A stretch of 64,000 nucleotides of DNA from the NCBI RefSeq assembly GCF_036971445.1, contig NC_091476.1, positions 10,540,001 to 10,604,000 of the forward strand. Reading direction: 5' to 3'. Below the pieces are notes generated by a model that had not been told where the DNA came from, searched no databases, and was given only the letters and a program-made list of their open reading frames with translations. This document shows, one piece after another, positions 24,596-36,366 of this stretch (its first letter is position 1; each line of letters begins with the position of its first letter). The DNA is from Narcine bancroftii (taxonomy: Eukaryota). A program made the translations under genes and the position numbers.

Positions 24596-25140
24596 CCATA
24601 TATAACCATATAACAGTTTACAGCGCGGAAACAGGCCACATCGGCCCTTCGAGTCCATGCCAGTTCACTTGAACAATTCCACTAGTTCTCCCCTCCCACT
24701 CTCTGCCCATAACCCTCCAACCCCCTCATATCCATGTACACATCCAACCTTCTCTTAAATTTCAGAAAGTCATTTAAGACAGAAAGCAACTATCTCCTCT
24801 GGAAGATCATTCCATTCTCCCACCACTCTGAGTGAAGAAGCATCCTCTAACATTTCTCCTAAAGTTTTGCCCCCTTACCCTTACCTTATGCCCTCTTGTT
24901 CCAACCTCCCCTGCCCTCAGGGGAAAGTCTAGTCTATCTATTCCCTTCATAATTATAAATATCAAATCCCCTCTCAACCTTCTATGTTCCAATGGATACA
25001 AACAGGCCCTTCTGTCCACCTTTCACCCACTTTTTCTGACCACCCCTCAGCCTCCTCTCCAGGAAAATAAAAACACAGCGTATCCAACCTGTTCCTATAA
25101 CCGAATTCCTTCAATCCAGGCAACATTCTGGTGAATCTCC
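24596..25140 (-). mobile_element. CR1-type LINE 3' fragment
   Basis: LEHRRLRGDLI...TRGH motif (ORF 24807..25019) and CATATAAC tail. Confidence 0.75.
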
Positions 25141-26202
25141 AGTTCAGCTTTGATTTAATGTTGCACAATTTTCTGCTGCTTCTTAACCATAATAATTAAG
25201 CAGGAACATTTTAAAAAAGTCTAAAGAAATACCCACATTGTTTTGTAGGCATTACTTACACTGCTAAGTTTCAGCTTAGCCATTATTTGGCCACAACTGT
25301 TTAACATTATAAGCAATAAGTGAGAACCCCTCACAAGAATATCATCTGCTCAAGAGGTAAAGAAAAACAAGTCAAAAAGTGAAGATGGGCTGCTTCACTC
25401 ATACTTATTTATTTTCAACCTAAATAATATGGAGATTAACTAATTTTAATATTGCTAGCTTTTAAGACATGGATATTTAGGGAATGTAAAGACAAGAAGA
25501 ATTCTGTGGATTTGAAGATCCTACAAAGTTTCCTGCTTGAATGTGACAAATGTATAATAAAAGAAAAAAAAACATGGTTTACATTGCAGACGATGAACCT
25601 TGCAAGAAACTAATGTTAAAGTGTTTAAATCCTATGTCAATGGATCATGTTCATGATGTTTATTTTCTAGAAAATTACAAGGTATGTATGAAGGTTGTTT
25701 ATTTTTAAAGTGATACAACCTAAAGCACTAATCAGCAATGGAGTGAAACATGAAATTCTCAGCTTTTTTTCCTTTGGTGCCCTCCCACTCATATCCATCC
25801 ATGACATGTGGTCTGTGCTCCCTCTCCCATTTTATTCAGGCACCTGCCTACATTATGCTCATAGCTTGATGAAGGACTCAGACCCGAAATGTTAGGTACA
25901 TATGTTTATCAAGAATGCCGCTTGACTTGCCGAGTTTCTCCAGCATTTTGTGTAGTCTGCTTACCTGAATATCATTAAAACCTACTGAATACAGAATTCA
26001 TAGGGCTGGATATGTGGAGATGTTTCCAGCTGTGGAAAGAGTCTGGGAGCAGTGGGCTCAGAATAATAGGACCATCCCTTTGGAGCAAAGAAGATTTTAT
26101 TCAACCAGAGGGTGGTCAATCTGTGGAACTCTTTGCCACATACAGCTGTGGAGGCCAAGTCATCAGCTAGACTTGAAACGGAGGTTGATAGGTTCTGGAT
26201 CG

Positions 26203-26866
26203 CAGTGGTTCTCAACCCTTTGGTTTCCACTCACATACCACTTTTAAGTATTCCTTAGGCCATGTGATTAGTAAGGTGGAATGAGAGTGGGAAGGGAAGG
26301 CTGAGAATCACGGCTCTAGACCCAATTGTTACTGAAATATGGAGTGAGGAAACCGTGCACAAAACGAGTCCATGAGGTACAATTAAAACAGTGGTTTCCA
26401 AACTTTTTTTTCCCCACTCACATCCCACCTTGAGCCATCCCTTACTCATCACGGAGCCCTGAGGGAAGAGGGATGACTTAAAGTGGGATGTGAGTGGAAA
26501 GAAAAAGGTTGAGAACCACTGCTTTGGAGTGAGGAAACCGTGCACATAAGGAGTCCATGAAGTACAATTAAAACAGTGGTTTCCAAACTTTTTCTTCCCA
26601 CTCACATCCCACCTTGAGCCATCCCTTACTCATCACGGAGCCCTGAGGGAAGAGGGATGACTTAAAGTGGGATGTGAGTGGAAAGAAAAAGGTTGAGAAC
26701 CACTGCTTTGGAGTGAGGAAACCGTGCACATAAGGAGTCCATGAAGTACAATTAAAACAGTGGTTTCCAAACTTTTTCTTCCCACTCACATCCCACCTTG
26801 AGCCATCCCTTACTCATCACGGAGCCCCGAGGGAAGAGGGATGACTTAAAGTGGGATGTGAGTGGA
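26203..26866. mobile_element. Compound hAT MITE with ~184-bp tandem amplification
   Basis: Units start at 26341, 26526 and 26710; same family as the copies at 9207, 12955 and 46775. Confidence 0.8.
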
Positions 26867-26949
26867 GTTGAGTGAAAGAGGTTTTGGGGAGGAAACACCA
26901 GCCATGATTCGAATGGCCTGACCACACATTCTTCAGGCTCCACTCATGC

Positions 26950-27330
26950 AGACTCGGCGGCGGCACAAACGCTGGCCAGAACCCTTCCAATTAATCGTGA
27001 AATGCCGCCGGGGCAACGGTCCGCCCGTAAAAGGCCCCAGGCGAAGGGGGCGGCCGTTCCCTGACGCAGGAGGCCATCCTTACCCCAGGGCCGCCGCTCA
27101 ATCCCGGGCCGCCACGGCGACCGCCCTGCGCCGTCCAATCCGCTCTCGCCCTCGCCACTGAGTGACAGGCGGCGCCACGCCCCGCGCGCGGCAGATCACA
27201 GGGCTCCTGGCCGCCGGGACTTGCCGGCTCAGGGTTCTTGCATCGTTTCCCTGCGCTTTTGCATACGGTGCATTATCGTGGCCAAGAGGAGGATCTTGTT
27301 ATCCAATCTGAGTACCGCTGTTTCGGTGAG
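26950..27330. promoter_or_regulatory. CpG island between the divergent Tudor and HSP47-like genes
   Basis: Very GC/CpG-rich; CCAAT boxes (~26987, ~27136), GC boxes, possible + strand donor CG|gtgaga at ~27326. Confidence 0.6.
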
Positions 27331-27921
27331 AGTTTGGGCCAGACTGGAAAAGGACATCAGTGCACAGTCCGCAGATCATGGAAAGCAAAATGTGATTGAT
27401 ATTGCGGGCTTGAGCTCTTCTGAGTGGTCCAATTTAAAAAAAAAACCAGCAGTCCTGTTATTGAGAATAGTTTATTATTACTTCCCCTCCCAATATTATT
27501 AATCTAAAATCCCATTGTGCCATGATTGATGTTTTAACTCCTTATTTCTGAATGATCTTCTGGATTCCAAGTACAGTGATTTAACCCCCTATGCATGGAA
27601 ATAGACATAATTAACACAGATCTTGTTCTTGAAGTAAAAACGCAAAATGCTGGAGAAGCCCCTCGCATTTTCTTTTCACATCTTGATGAAGATCTTGATC
27701 AAGCCTGAAACCTTCGCTAGATAAGGGACCCTGTTGGACCTGCTGGGCTTTTACTTCGGTGTCTACAAATTTTTTTGTGATTTTCTTCTTGTTCATGAGC
27801 AGCTATCAAGCCCACGTCTGGGAATGGAAGATAATGTTTATGAACTTGCTATGAATCTTCTGTCGAGACCAATGAAATCATTGATAGAGAAGTGAAAGGG
27901 CTAGGTGTAGAAGTCCCGGGG

Positions 27922-28082
27922 CTTCACCATTCTGGCAACTTCACCATTCTGGCAACTTCACCATTCTGGCAACTTCACCATTCTGGCAACTTCACCATTC
28001 TGGCAACTTCACCATTCTGGCAACTTCACCATTCTGGCAACTTCACCATTCTGGCAACTTCACCATTCTGGCAACTTCACCA
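27922..28082. repeat. 17-bp minisatellite (CTTCACCATTCTGGCAA) x ~9.5
   Basis: Perfect tandem copies. Confidence 0.95.
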
Positions 28083-29172
28083 GGGTGAAATGATTTCCTG
28101 CCAACATTAGGGTTGCCAACCACCTTCCTTTGGATGACCATTCCAACTATGAGAATCTTTTACTCGTTCGTTTAACTGGGGTTCCTTGACCTCACATTTG
28201 ATCAAATATTGAACTGATTTCAAGATAAGTCCATTCCACCTCACTTTTATAATTCGGCTTTTTGATCTATCCTCGCCAAAGATACAGTAGTCACAAAAAT
28301 TGCTTCACTTCACTTAATGGAGTATCCATATTTTGAGAATAAAAAAAAATTGTAATCCTTTCCATCTTTGTAGCCCACAGGCTTCTATTTAGAGGAAAAT
28401 AGAATATGATGTTTAAAATATAGTCTAGAATTGCAGAAGATTATCATTTTTGCTTTGGGACCTTAAAGGTTATCGATGTAAATATTAAAACAGTCATGCA
28501 GATGAAGAGCCTGAGACCTCGCTAACTGTCGACGTGGCAGTTACAGGACTGAGGGCTGGGTAAAGAGTATCCATGTTCCACGTGAACCGAAAGTCATTTA
28601 TCCCATAAAAATAAACATTCACGATCAAAGTTATTCTTTCGCCAGTTTTCACTATTTTTCAAGTCAAAGTATGTTGTTTTTAGTTGTTCATTTGCCAACA
28701 TTGTTCGAAATGTTTGCTTCCTCACACAACGAACCAGAGAACAGCAACTAACTTTAATTGCAAAGTATTGAGACTAACTTCGTCCAGAACCTCCATCTGC
28801 AGTTATTGTGTCTCGCTGGTTGTCATTTGAGTTTTAAAGCAACGTTTAGATTGCTATCTATATTAAAATACATTTGCCACGCTCCATAATGTAATCTTAC
28901 TGTTTTGCATGAGAATAAAACGAATGTATCGAACATGAAATTATTTTTTTCCCCTGTTGGAACTTTTGCAGACCCGCCCTTCCCCCCGTTAGCAATTCAT
29001 GAAGATGAGGTTGTTTATGTCAAGACTCTGTAAGAATGCAAGCTGATGCCGTAACTCCAATTCGGTCAGGATGATCCACTCAGAGTGGGACGGTGACCCC
29101 GAGAGGTGCTCCGTATCTTCGCCCACGGAGGCGGAGCCGTCAGCTCGCATTTCCAAAATGTGGAGCAAATTC

Positions 29173-29204
29173 CTTCTGGAACTTTCGCGGAACTGTCTAT
29201 AAAA
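29173..29204 (+). promoter_or_regulatory. Heat-shock element plus TATA box of the HSP47-like gene
   Basis: cTTCtgGAActTTCgcGGA (three perfect alternating nGAAn units, 29174-29186) directly before TATAAAA (29198-29204); GC box at ~28971. Confidence 0.75.
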
Positions 29205-29227
29205 ACGAGAGGGCCGAGGTTGAGCGA

Positions 29228-29301
29228 TTGTCAACTGCAGTGGAACTTGCTGAGTGCAATTCGGAGGGGAGCCCCTGAGCCACAGCCTGAGCGGAATCAA
29301 G
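29228..29301 (+). other. Non-coding first exon of the HSP47-like gene (start approximate)
   Basis: ~25-30 bp downstream of the TATA box, ending in strong donor AAG|gtaaga; pairs with the acceptor at 32458. Confidence 0.65.
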
Positions 29302-30918
29302 GTAAGACCGCGTTGCGGCCGGCTGCTCTGTCTCGTCACGATCCTTGCACCCTGTGCGAAATCTTCCAGTGTGAACTGAAAGTTGTATTGAGTTCGGTCT
29401 CTCCTACAAGCACCTCAATTCATAGAGAATCACGACAAAAAACCCTGTAGATGTCGGAATCTTGAGCAAAGAATGAGCTGCACGGGTCAGACCCCATCTA
29501 TGGGTAGGAATGGTCCATGTTTCGGGTCCGAACTCTTTCTCCACACACTTAATTTCGATAAAGGGATCCCAAAAGCGTTGACTGACAATTTCTACCCATG
29601 CGAGAGACCAGCTGAGTTCCACGTTTTAATGTTCCGGGCATTGGAATTAAATAACGTGACGAGGAGGATTCCTTTACTTAAGCGCTAAGGCAGACGAGAC
29701 TGGCTGTGGAAATTGCTCTGCACCGACCACCATCCCCTTCCCGACAGATATGAAGTCCAAGCAAGGGATGAAACGGGGCGAGGAAGCATTGTCAGCGTGG
29801 GCAGATTGAAGTAATTGGAACTAATCCAAGACAACGGAGAGAATAAACAAGTCTTCATTTGTAGCAAACTCACAAATGGCTTTGGAAACCATGAACTTAA
29901 AAACCCACAATGCTCAATGATAATTTGATGAGAGCACAAGTTTGAGCTCTCATCTGCCAACATCTGAACCATCTTGTGGAATGGAAGGATCCTGTTTGAA
30001 GTTTAGTGTTTTCGCTCGGATATTCCAAATTGATATTATCCAACACTTGCTTGAGAATTCGCTTTCAGGTGTTAGCAAACCTTCAGTGTCTGATGTTTTC
30101 ATGTATTTATTTCAGTCTGTTTCAAGTTCAAGCGGCAGACAAGCTTGAACCATCGTTGCCGACGTGTCATACGCTCCATCACAGTTCTGGCTCCAATCTC
30201 TCTCTCTCAGAAGGGGCGGCCAAAAGAGAACCCCAACAATACCCCATAGGGTCAAACGTGGGCAAGGAATTCCAATGCTCTGACGTCCCTGGTGAATCAG
30301 TCGCCCTCCAGGATTGACATTATTTGCATCAGTAGAAAGTGCACAGGATTTACTCGGGTGGGAGGTAAAATTCGATGACCAAGAGTGGCTTAGTAGCATC
30401 GGCCAGATCAGATGTTCAGCAAATAGGAGGAAAAAAACATTTTTTGGGTCTCATCCTTAGCATTGAGAGAAGACGTACTTTACAAGCCTTGTGGAGAATT
30501 TTTTTTTAACTTGGGAGTACTGCAATCATGTTCAATGGGATCTTGGGAGCTCAAAACTTGGCAAATGTGAGATTCTGCGAAATGTGCACAATTGGCCACA
30601 CCATCATCAGTCAGGGGACCGACTGAGTTTCTCCAGCGTTGATTTTTTTTAAACTTCAACCTCTGTTTTACTTCTTTATAAATTAGAAGGACAAGGGCTT
30701 TCAGGTGCATGAGAATCCTACACCATTCTGACTAGGAAATATATTGCTACGAATTCAGTTTTGGGATCCAAATCCTGGAATTCACTAGCAAACAACATTG
30801 TAAGAAGACTTTCACCAGATGAATTCAGTGGATTGAGAACATGATTTACTGTTACTTTCTTAGGATTAACTAGCATAGGATGAGTACCTGACTAAAGCAA
30901 ATTTTAAAAGTATGGTGA

Positions 30919-30951
<33 letters not shown>

Positions 30952-30970
30952 TTTTAAAAATAAATGGAAA

Positions 30971-31146
30971 TGTAGTGAACTGGGATTCACAAGAAGTGTG
31001 CTGGACTGACGACTGGTCCCGCCTCCTCCCGGAGGCCCGTATATCACTCTGGTTTCCTGCCTCAACCCAGAAACCCTCTGAAGCCTGTTCATGAACCCTT
31101 CCTGTTGTTGTAAGCTAATAAAAGCGTTAGTTCTCCCTCCAGGGAG
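30971..31146 (+). mobile_element. Probable truncated solo LTR in serpin intron 1
   Basis: Starts TGTAGTG; TATA-like motif and AATAAA (~31117); 3' CA end not found. Confidence 0.4.
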
Positions 31147-32489
31147 GAAGCTTATTTTATTACCATATTAGTAAGGTGGTAAAGTTAGTGCCGACTTTGC
31201 AGTATGCGGCTAGCCAGCAATTTCTGTTGAATACTATTACTGCAAAACTATTTCAGATTAGTTAAATATTTTATGAAGATTGTACAACCAATTGTTAGTG
31301 ATTCATTAACATTTTCACTTATTTAAGGGATCATTTTTAATTATTGGGCTTTGCAAACCATGTGATGAGAATTCGTACATTCAGCGGAAGCAGATGATCA
31401 AAAATGAAAATTCTGAGGTTTTAAGTCTATTTTAACCCCCTTCTAGGCAACCAACCCATTTGTCCCTCCATGCATTTCAATATGTTGTTTCAATAGAAAA
31501 TAACCAAATGAACTGTATACCCTTCACTTGTATTTGTTATATCTTTCAGAATGAACTTGGCAAAGATGTACATCCCCTTGAAAAGATTTCAAGGTACAAT
31601 AAATGGCTGTAAACTTTAGGTTACCATTAATAGTTTGAATGTGAGCTTTTAAACAGTATCATGTATGCCAATAATATATTTTTAAAAAATATTGGCATTA
31701 AAACTTCTTACGATTTCACAAACGGCAGCTTCTTTATTGGACTTCAACTTATCAATATTTTTCACATTTGAAATGGCTATTACAGTTTCAAGAGAAATGT
31801 AATTTGTGAAAACTAGAAATGTTGTTGACATGTAAAAATAAATTGCAGCAAATAAAGTTTTTAAAAAAATGTGGGGTGTCATGCCCACAATTAACCTTCT
31901 CCCCATATATAAATAAAAATGAAATGGCTTGAAATTGAGAACTATGGAACTGAGAACTGACAATGTTGAATAACTTATGTGCCTCGATTTCTTTAGGTTG
32001 TCAGAATAGCATGTCTTCATGTCAAGATGATAATTTTAAAGAATTGATTAGCCTTTATGAAGCTGGAACTTGTCTGAAATTATGTGCCCATACATGAGAA
32101 TGCAACCATTTGGCCATGTATTTCAAAATATGAATAATGTATATTGATTTTATTTGTGGGACCAAGCCTCCAGTTAAGGCACAAATGAGGGAGAGAGTGA
32201 TCTTTAAAGTTACCTGTTGTATTACAGCCTCCATGGTGCATCATTTCTCTGTTGGATTCCGATTAATGGGTGAGAAATCTGTGGTAAAATTGAAATTAAG
32301 CTCGGTCATTAAAATTTGATTGCTTTACAAGGTTATGCAATTAATTCAACAGGACAGTAACCATCTAGTTATACACTGGGTAAGTGAAATGTTTAAATTA
32401 CAATATTTAGATTACATCATAATTTGTGTAATCTATTTATTCCATTCTTTGCCTACAGTGTTATTGGTTCATCTTTCCTGCGTGAAACC

Positions 32490-33072
32490 ATGGAGATGAA
32501 ATTTATACTACTAAATCTGCTACTTGCCACAGTAACAGCAGACCGCATGAAATTGAAAGAGCACACATCCATCCTGGCAGATAGTACAATGAACCTGGCA
32601 CTCAACCTCTACAAAACAATGGCCAAGGACCAGAAATTTACATCTGAAAACCTCCTTTTGTCCCCTATGGTGGTAGCTTCCTCCTTGGGCGTGATGTCTC
32701 TGGGTGCAAAAGACAAAACAGCCAAACAGGTCAAGTCCCTCCTCAATGTAAACCTGCATGATGATGCTTTCCACCCTACTTTCTCAGAACTGTTCAATGA
32801 AGTTAGCAATGAATCAGCCCGCAACAGCACTTGGAAGATTGGCAGCTGCCTTTATGGACCAAGTTCAATCAAGTTCAATGATGAGTTTGTTCAGAAGAGC
32901 AAGACACACTACAAACATGATCATTCGAAGATTAATTTTAGAGACAGGAGAAGTTTAGTCCAGTCCCTAAATGAATGGGCTTCCAAAGCCACAGAGGGAA
33001 AACTTGGAGAAATCACAAAGGATTTACCCAATATTGATGGTGCTTTGTTTGTCAATGCCATGTATTTTAAGC
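32490..33072 (+). CDS. SERPINH1: SERPINH-like coding exon 1
   Basis: Acceptor at 32458, Kozak aaccATGG, donor C|gtgagt. Confidence 0.92.
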
Positions 33073-36000
33073 GTGAGTATTATATTTACAAAATAATTAA
33101 AATTGTGATACGCTTCAAATACAATTATTGTGGTAGCACCATGCTACAAATTTGATTGTTATCTTTTGTAGCTCACTGGGATGAAAAGTTTCACCAGAAC
33201 ATGATTGATACAAGAGCCTTCTTGGTAACCAGAAGTCATACTACTTCTGTTCCCATGATGCATCGTACAGGTAAGTATGAATTACTTTTGAATGCAAGTA
33301 TCAATGAACAATAAATCATACAAAACAGAAAAAGTGATAATAGGGACACTTGGCTTCTGGTTTTTTGAGAAAGAATAATTTTTCCCCTCTCTGTCATAGA
33401 GCGACCTCAGCTAAAGGTGTGTTTAGTTGAACCCCCAGTGAGAAGAGCTGGGCTTTGTTGCTCTTAAGGGTTGCGACCCCCCCTATGACTGAGGGGCAAT
33501 ATATCAAAGAACATTAAACAGTTTTGTAACCAGATTCCAATGATGGAGCTAATGCTTTCAATAAATAAAGGGGGACAACCTGGCAAAACAAAAGTATTGA
33601 TTTTGGAGATGTTACTTGCCAAGTTTTTTTTCCAAAGGATCCTGTCAAATTTAGTGAAAAGTAAACTTGGCAACATATTAATACAAAATATTTGGCACAG
33701 GGAAAGAGAATAGTATTGTAAATTGTAACTGGAAATGTAGATTTTACAATACCTTCACAGTGATAATTGGAGTGACTGTGGGGATTCTAAAGTAGATCCT
33801 TTATCCGGACACCTAAAATCCAGAAAGCTCCAAAATCCGGCAAGTGGGGACTGGCAGTTGGGGAAGGCGGCCGGGGGACCGGCGGCTGTTGGGGGAGACT
33901 GCCGGGCGACTGGAAGTGGGTGGGGGTGGATAGGCAGCACAATTCGGGAGGGCTTTCCGAAATCCAGAAAAATCCGAAATTCGGAACACACTGTCCCCCA
34001 AGGGTTCCGTATAAAGGATCGTGTACCTGTATCGACATAATTTCTTCCTTCACAATCCTGCCCGACTTGTTCAACATCCACACCAGCTTCTGTTTTTGTT
34101 GGGTTTCCAGCATCTAATATTTTTTAATGAATCTATGTTCAAGTGATTACCATTTCTGACATTTACCTTTTTCTAGGATTATATAACTACTATGAGGATA
34201 CAGATAATAAAGTTCAGTTTCTTGAGATGCCCCTTGCACACAAATACTCCACCATGATTTTCATATTGGCAAATCATGTGGAGTCACTGGAGAGAGTGGA
34301 GAAGTTGCTGACTAAGGAACAGCTCAACATTTGGTTCAGAAAGATGAAAAGACAAGCTGTTAGTATCTCTCTTCCCAAAGTTAACATTGAAGTTAGTCAT
34401 GAATTACAGGTAAGAACCACAAGTTAAATACTTTGTATAATCAAGGAATTACATTATATACAAGTTCTTTCAATACAAGGCCAATCTTTGCAGTTTACCA
34501 CCATTTTTTCTCAAAACAGTAGACAAACATGCCTCAAAAAGTAACTTTCAGCTTTGAAAATGCACCTTTTCATTTGCATCAACATTCTGGAAAAAAATAG
34601 TTGCTATCCTGCTTTTTGCTTAAAAAAAAATTAAAACCACAAATCATGTTTTATTCTCTCAAATCAGATTTCTATGGCACAACAATGAAACAACCCTATC
34701 AAGCTTTAAAAATTACATCCTCCAATATATAAATCTGGTTTAGTTTTCAAAGGGCCATTGTCACATGTACAAAGATGCAATGCTAGTGTTTGTTTTGCCA
34801 GCAGGCATCTCATTTCAAGACAGTACAAAAGTGAAGTGCTGCGTTCTATATTTATTCAGACAAACAGCATGGTAACAGGCCATTTTGGCCCACAAGTCCA
34901 TTCCACCCAATTTATACCCCATTAACCTATACCCCCAGTAGGCTTCAAATGGTAGAAAGTGGACCCTCCTCCCCCCCCCCCATAGAAAACTCACAGACAC
35001 GGGGAGAACATACAAACTCCTTAAAGATAGCACAGGAGTCGAATCCCAGTCCCAATTGCCGGCGCTGTAAAGGCATTGCGATAACCGCTATATCAACCGT
35101 GCCTCCCTAAACATCAGTTGGTACAAGCAAAAGCAACATATTGCCACAATGTTCCATGTCATCTAGTCTTCCTTGCTCTTACCTGTATAGTTAATTACAC
35201 CATCTTGTTTTTTCTGTCATTCTTCCTCATTGTTTGCTGATAGATCCCATTACCATATGCTTATTTGCAGCCTCGGCACTCATAATTACTGGTGTTGAAA
35301 TCCAGTGGTTTTATGATCCCCCTCTCCCTTATTTATATCATCAAAGAAATGGCATCAATTTTCAAATGTACACTGATATCTCTCAATACTTTCAATGCTT
35401 CTCGTATTGCCAGAATACCTTTGGCTGCCATACATTTGTTTCTTGTCACTAAGCATTTGAAGAACTGAAAATGGCTCTAGTCTTATTTTAAATTGCTCAA
35501 GTAACATATTTTTGGAGATTATGGCACAGTTAAGCATTTGACGTACATTCGTAACAAAAACTATTGCCCAAACCTTTATTGGATCACTCCCTTGCAGCTA
35601 CCAGATGGTGCACCTTGAAACCATATGAATTTTCTGACTGCAGATTCAGTCCTGAGTGGAGAAAACTGCAAATCCAATATGCTACCTAATCAGCAGTATG
35701 GATATTTTCAATCTTAAAACTGAACTATAAATAAATGTGTTATTTGGAGTAGTGGTGAGGTTAATTCCTAGTGTGACAAGTGTAAAATCAAGTTTAAGGT
35801 AGTCTATCATTTGAAAAGTAAATGTAGTGGATAATTAGATTTTCAAATCAACTGCTTTACAAATATTCTTCTACCATGGCTCTATTGTTCACACTCCATG
35901 CCTGCACTGGAAATAAGGTGAAGTTCTTTGAGATTAAGTAAATGTTTTTCCCTTATGTTTCTTATTGGCATACATTAGAAATATGTTGAACATGCAACTT

Positions 36001-36366
36001 GATTTTGCTTTTTTCTTTTCCAATGATATTTTTTTAATACTGTGAAAATCTTCTATCATCTTTCAGAAATATTTGCAGGAGCTTGGCCTGACTGAAGCTA
36101 TAGACAAGAACAAGGCTGATTTCTCTGGTATTACAGGCAAGAAAGACCTCCATGTATCCAACATGCTCCATGCAATAGCTATTGAATGGGGCATTGAAGG
36201 AAATGATTTCGATCGTGATTTACATTCCCAGGAAGAAATGAAGTCCCCCAAGCTCTTCTATGCTGATCACCCATACATCTTCCTGGTCAGAGATAACAAA
36301 ACTAACTCCATACTCCTCATTGGAAAGTTGGTCAAACCCAAGGGCAACAACCATGATGAATTATAA
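32490..36366 (+). CDS. SERPINH1: HSP47 / serpin H1-like collagen chaperone (404 aa, HDEL); probably a paralog of canonical SERPINH1
   Basis: Exons 32490-33072, 33172-33270, 34177-34409, 36067-36366. Signal peptide [17 protein letters not shown]; [53 protein letters not shown]-terminal HDEL. Intron positions match the vertebrate SERPINH1 pattern. Confidence 0.93.
33172..33270 (+). CDS. SERPINH1: SERPINH-like coding exon 2 (99 bp)
   Basis: [34 protein letters not shown]; tag| and |gtaagt junctions. Confidence 0.92.
33788..34030. mobile_element. Tigger/pogo-like MITE in a serpin intron
   Basis: Inverted ends GATCCTTTATCCGGA / TCCGTATAAAGGATC, TA flanks, GC-rich interior. Confidence 0.6.
34177..34409 (+). 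CDS. SERPINH1: SERPINH-like coding exon 3 (233 bp)
   Basis: GLYNYYED...EMPLAHK...[17 protein letters not shown]; |gtaaga donor. Confidence 0.92.
34860..35103 (-). mobile_element. tRNA-derived SINE (HE1-like)
   Basis: Minus strand GGCACGGTTGATATAGCGG (A box) ... GATTCGACTCC (B box) ... GGAGTTTGTATGTTCTCCCCGTG V-SINE core; other copies at ~38697-38840 (+), ~41775-41998 (-), ~50160-50378 (-). Confidence 0.75.
36067..36366 (+). CDS. SERPINH1: SERPINH-like last coding exon
   Basis: [20 protein letters not shown]...KLFYADHP...HDEL*; AATAAA at 36959 and 36979. Confidence 0.93.
   Translation, partial: KYLQELGLTEAIDKNKADFSGITGKKDLHVSNMLHAIAIEWGIEGNDFDRDLHSQEEMKSPKLFYADHPYIFLVRDNKTNSILLIGKLVKPKGNNHDEL

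Noticed and set aside
26255-26943. Repeated ORFs (MSGKKKFGNHCF...)
   Set aside because: Translations of the tandem MITE units.
27922-28082. Regular repeats superficially like a CRISPR array (also 44674-45021)
   Set aside because: Contiguous tandem units with no unique spacers and no cas genes, in a vertebrate context.
28989-30399. Cluster of 60-116-aa ORFs in the HSP47-like promoter and intron 1
   Set aside because: No homology cues; explained by locally higher GC in regulatory DNA.
35030-35103. tRNA-like A/B boxes
   Set aside because: Head of an HE1-like SINE, not a tRNA gene (no full cloverleaf, followed by the SINE body).
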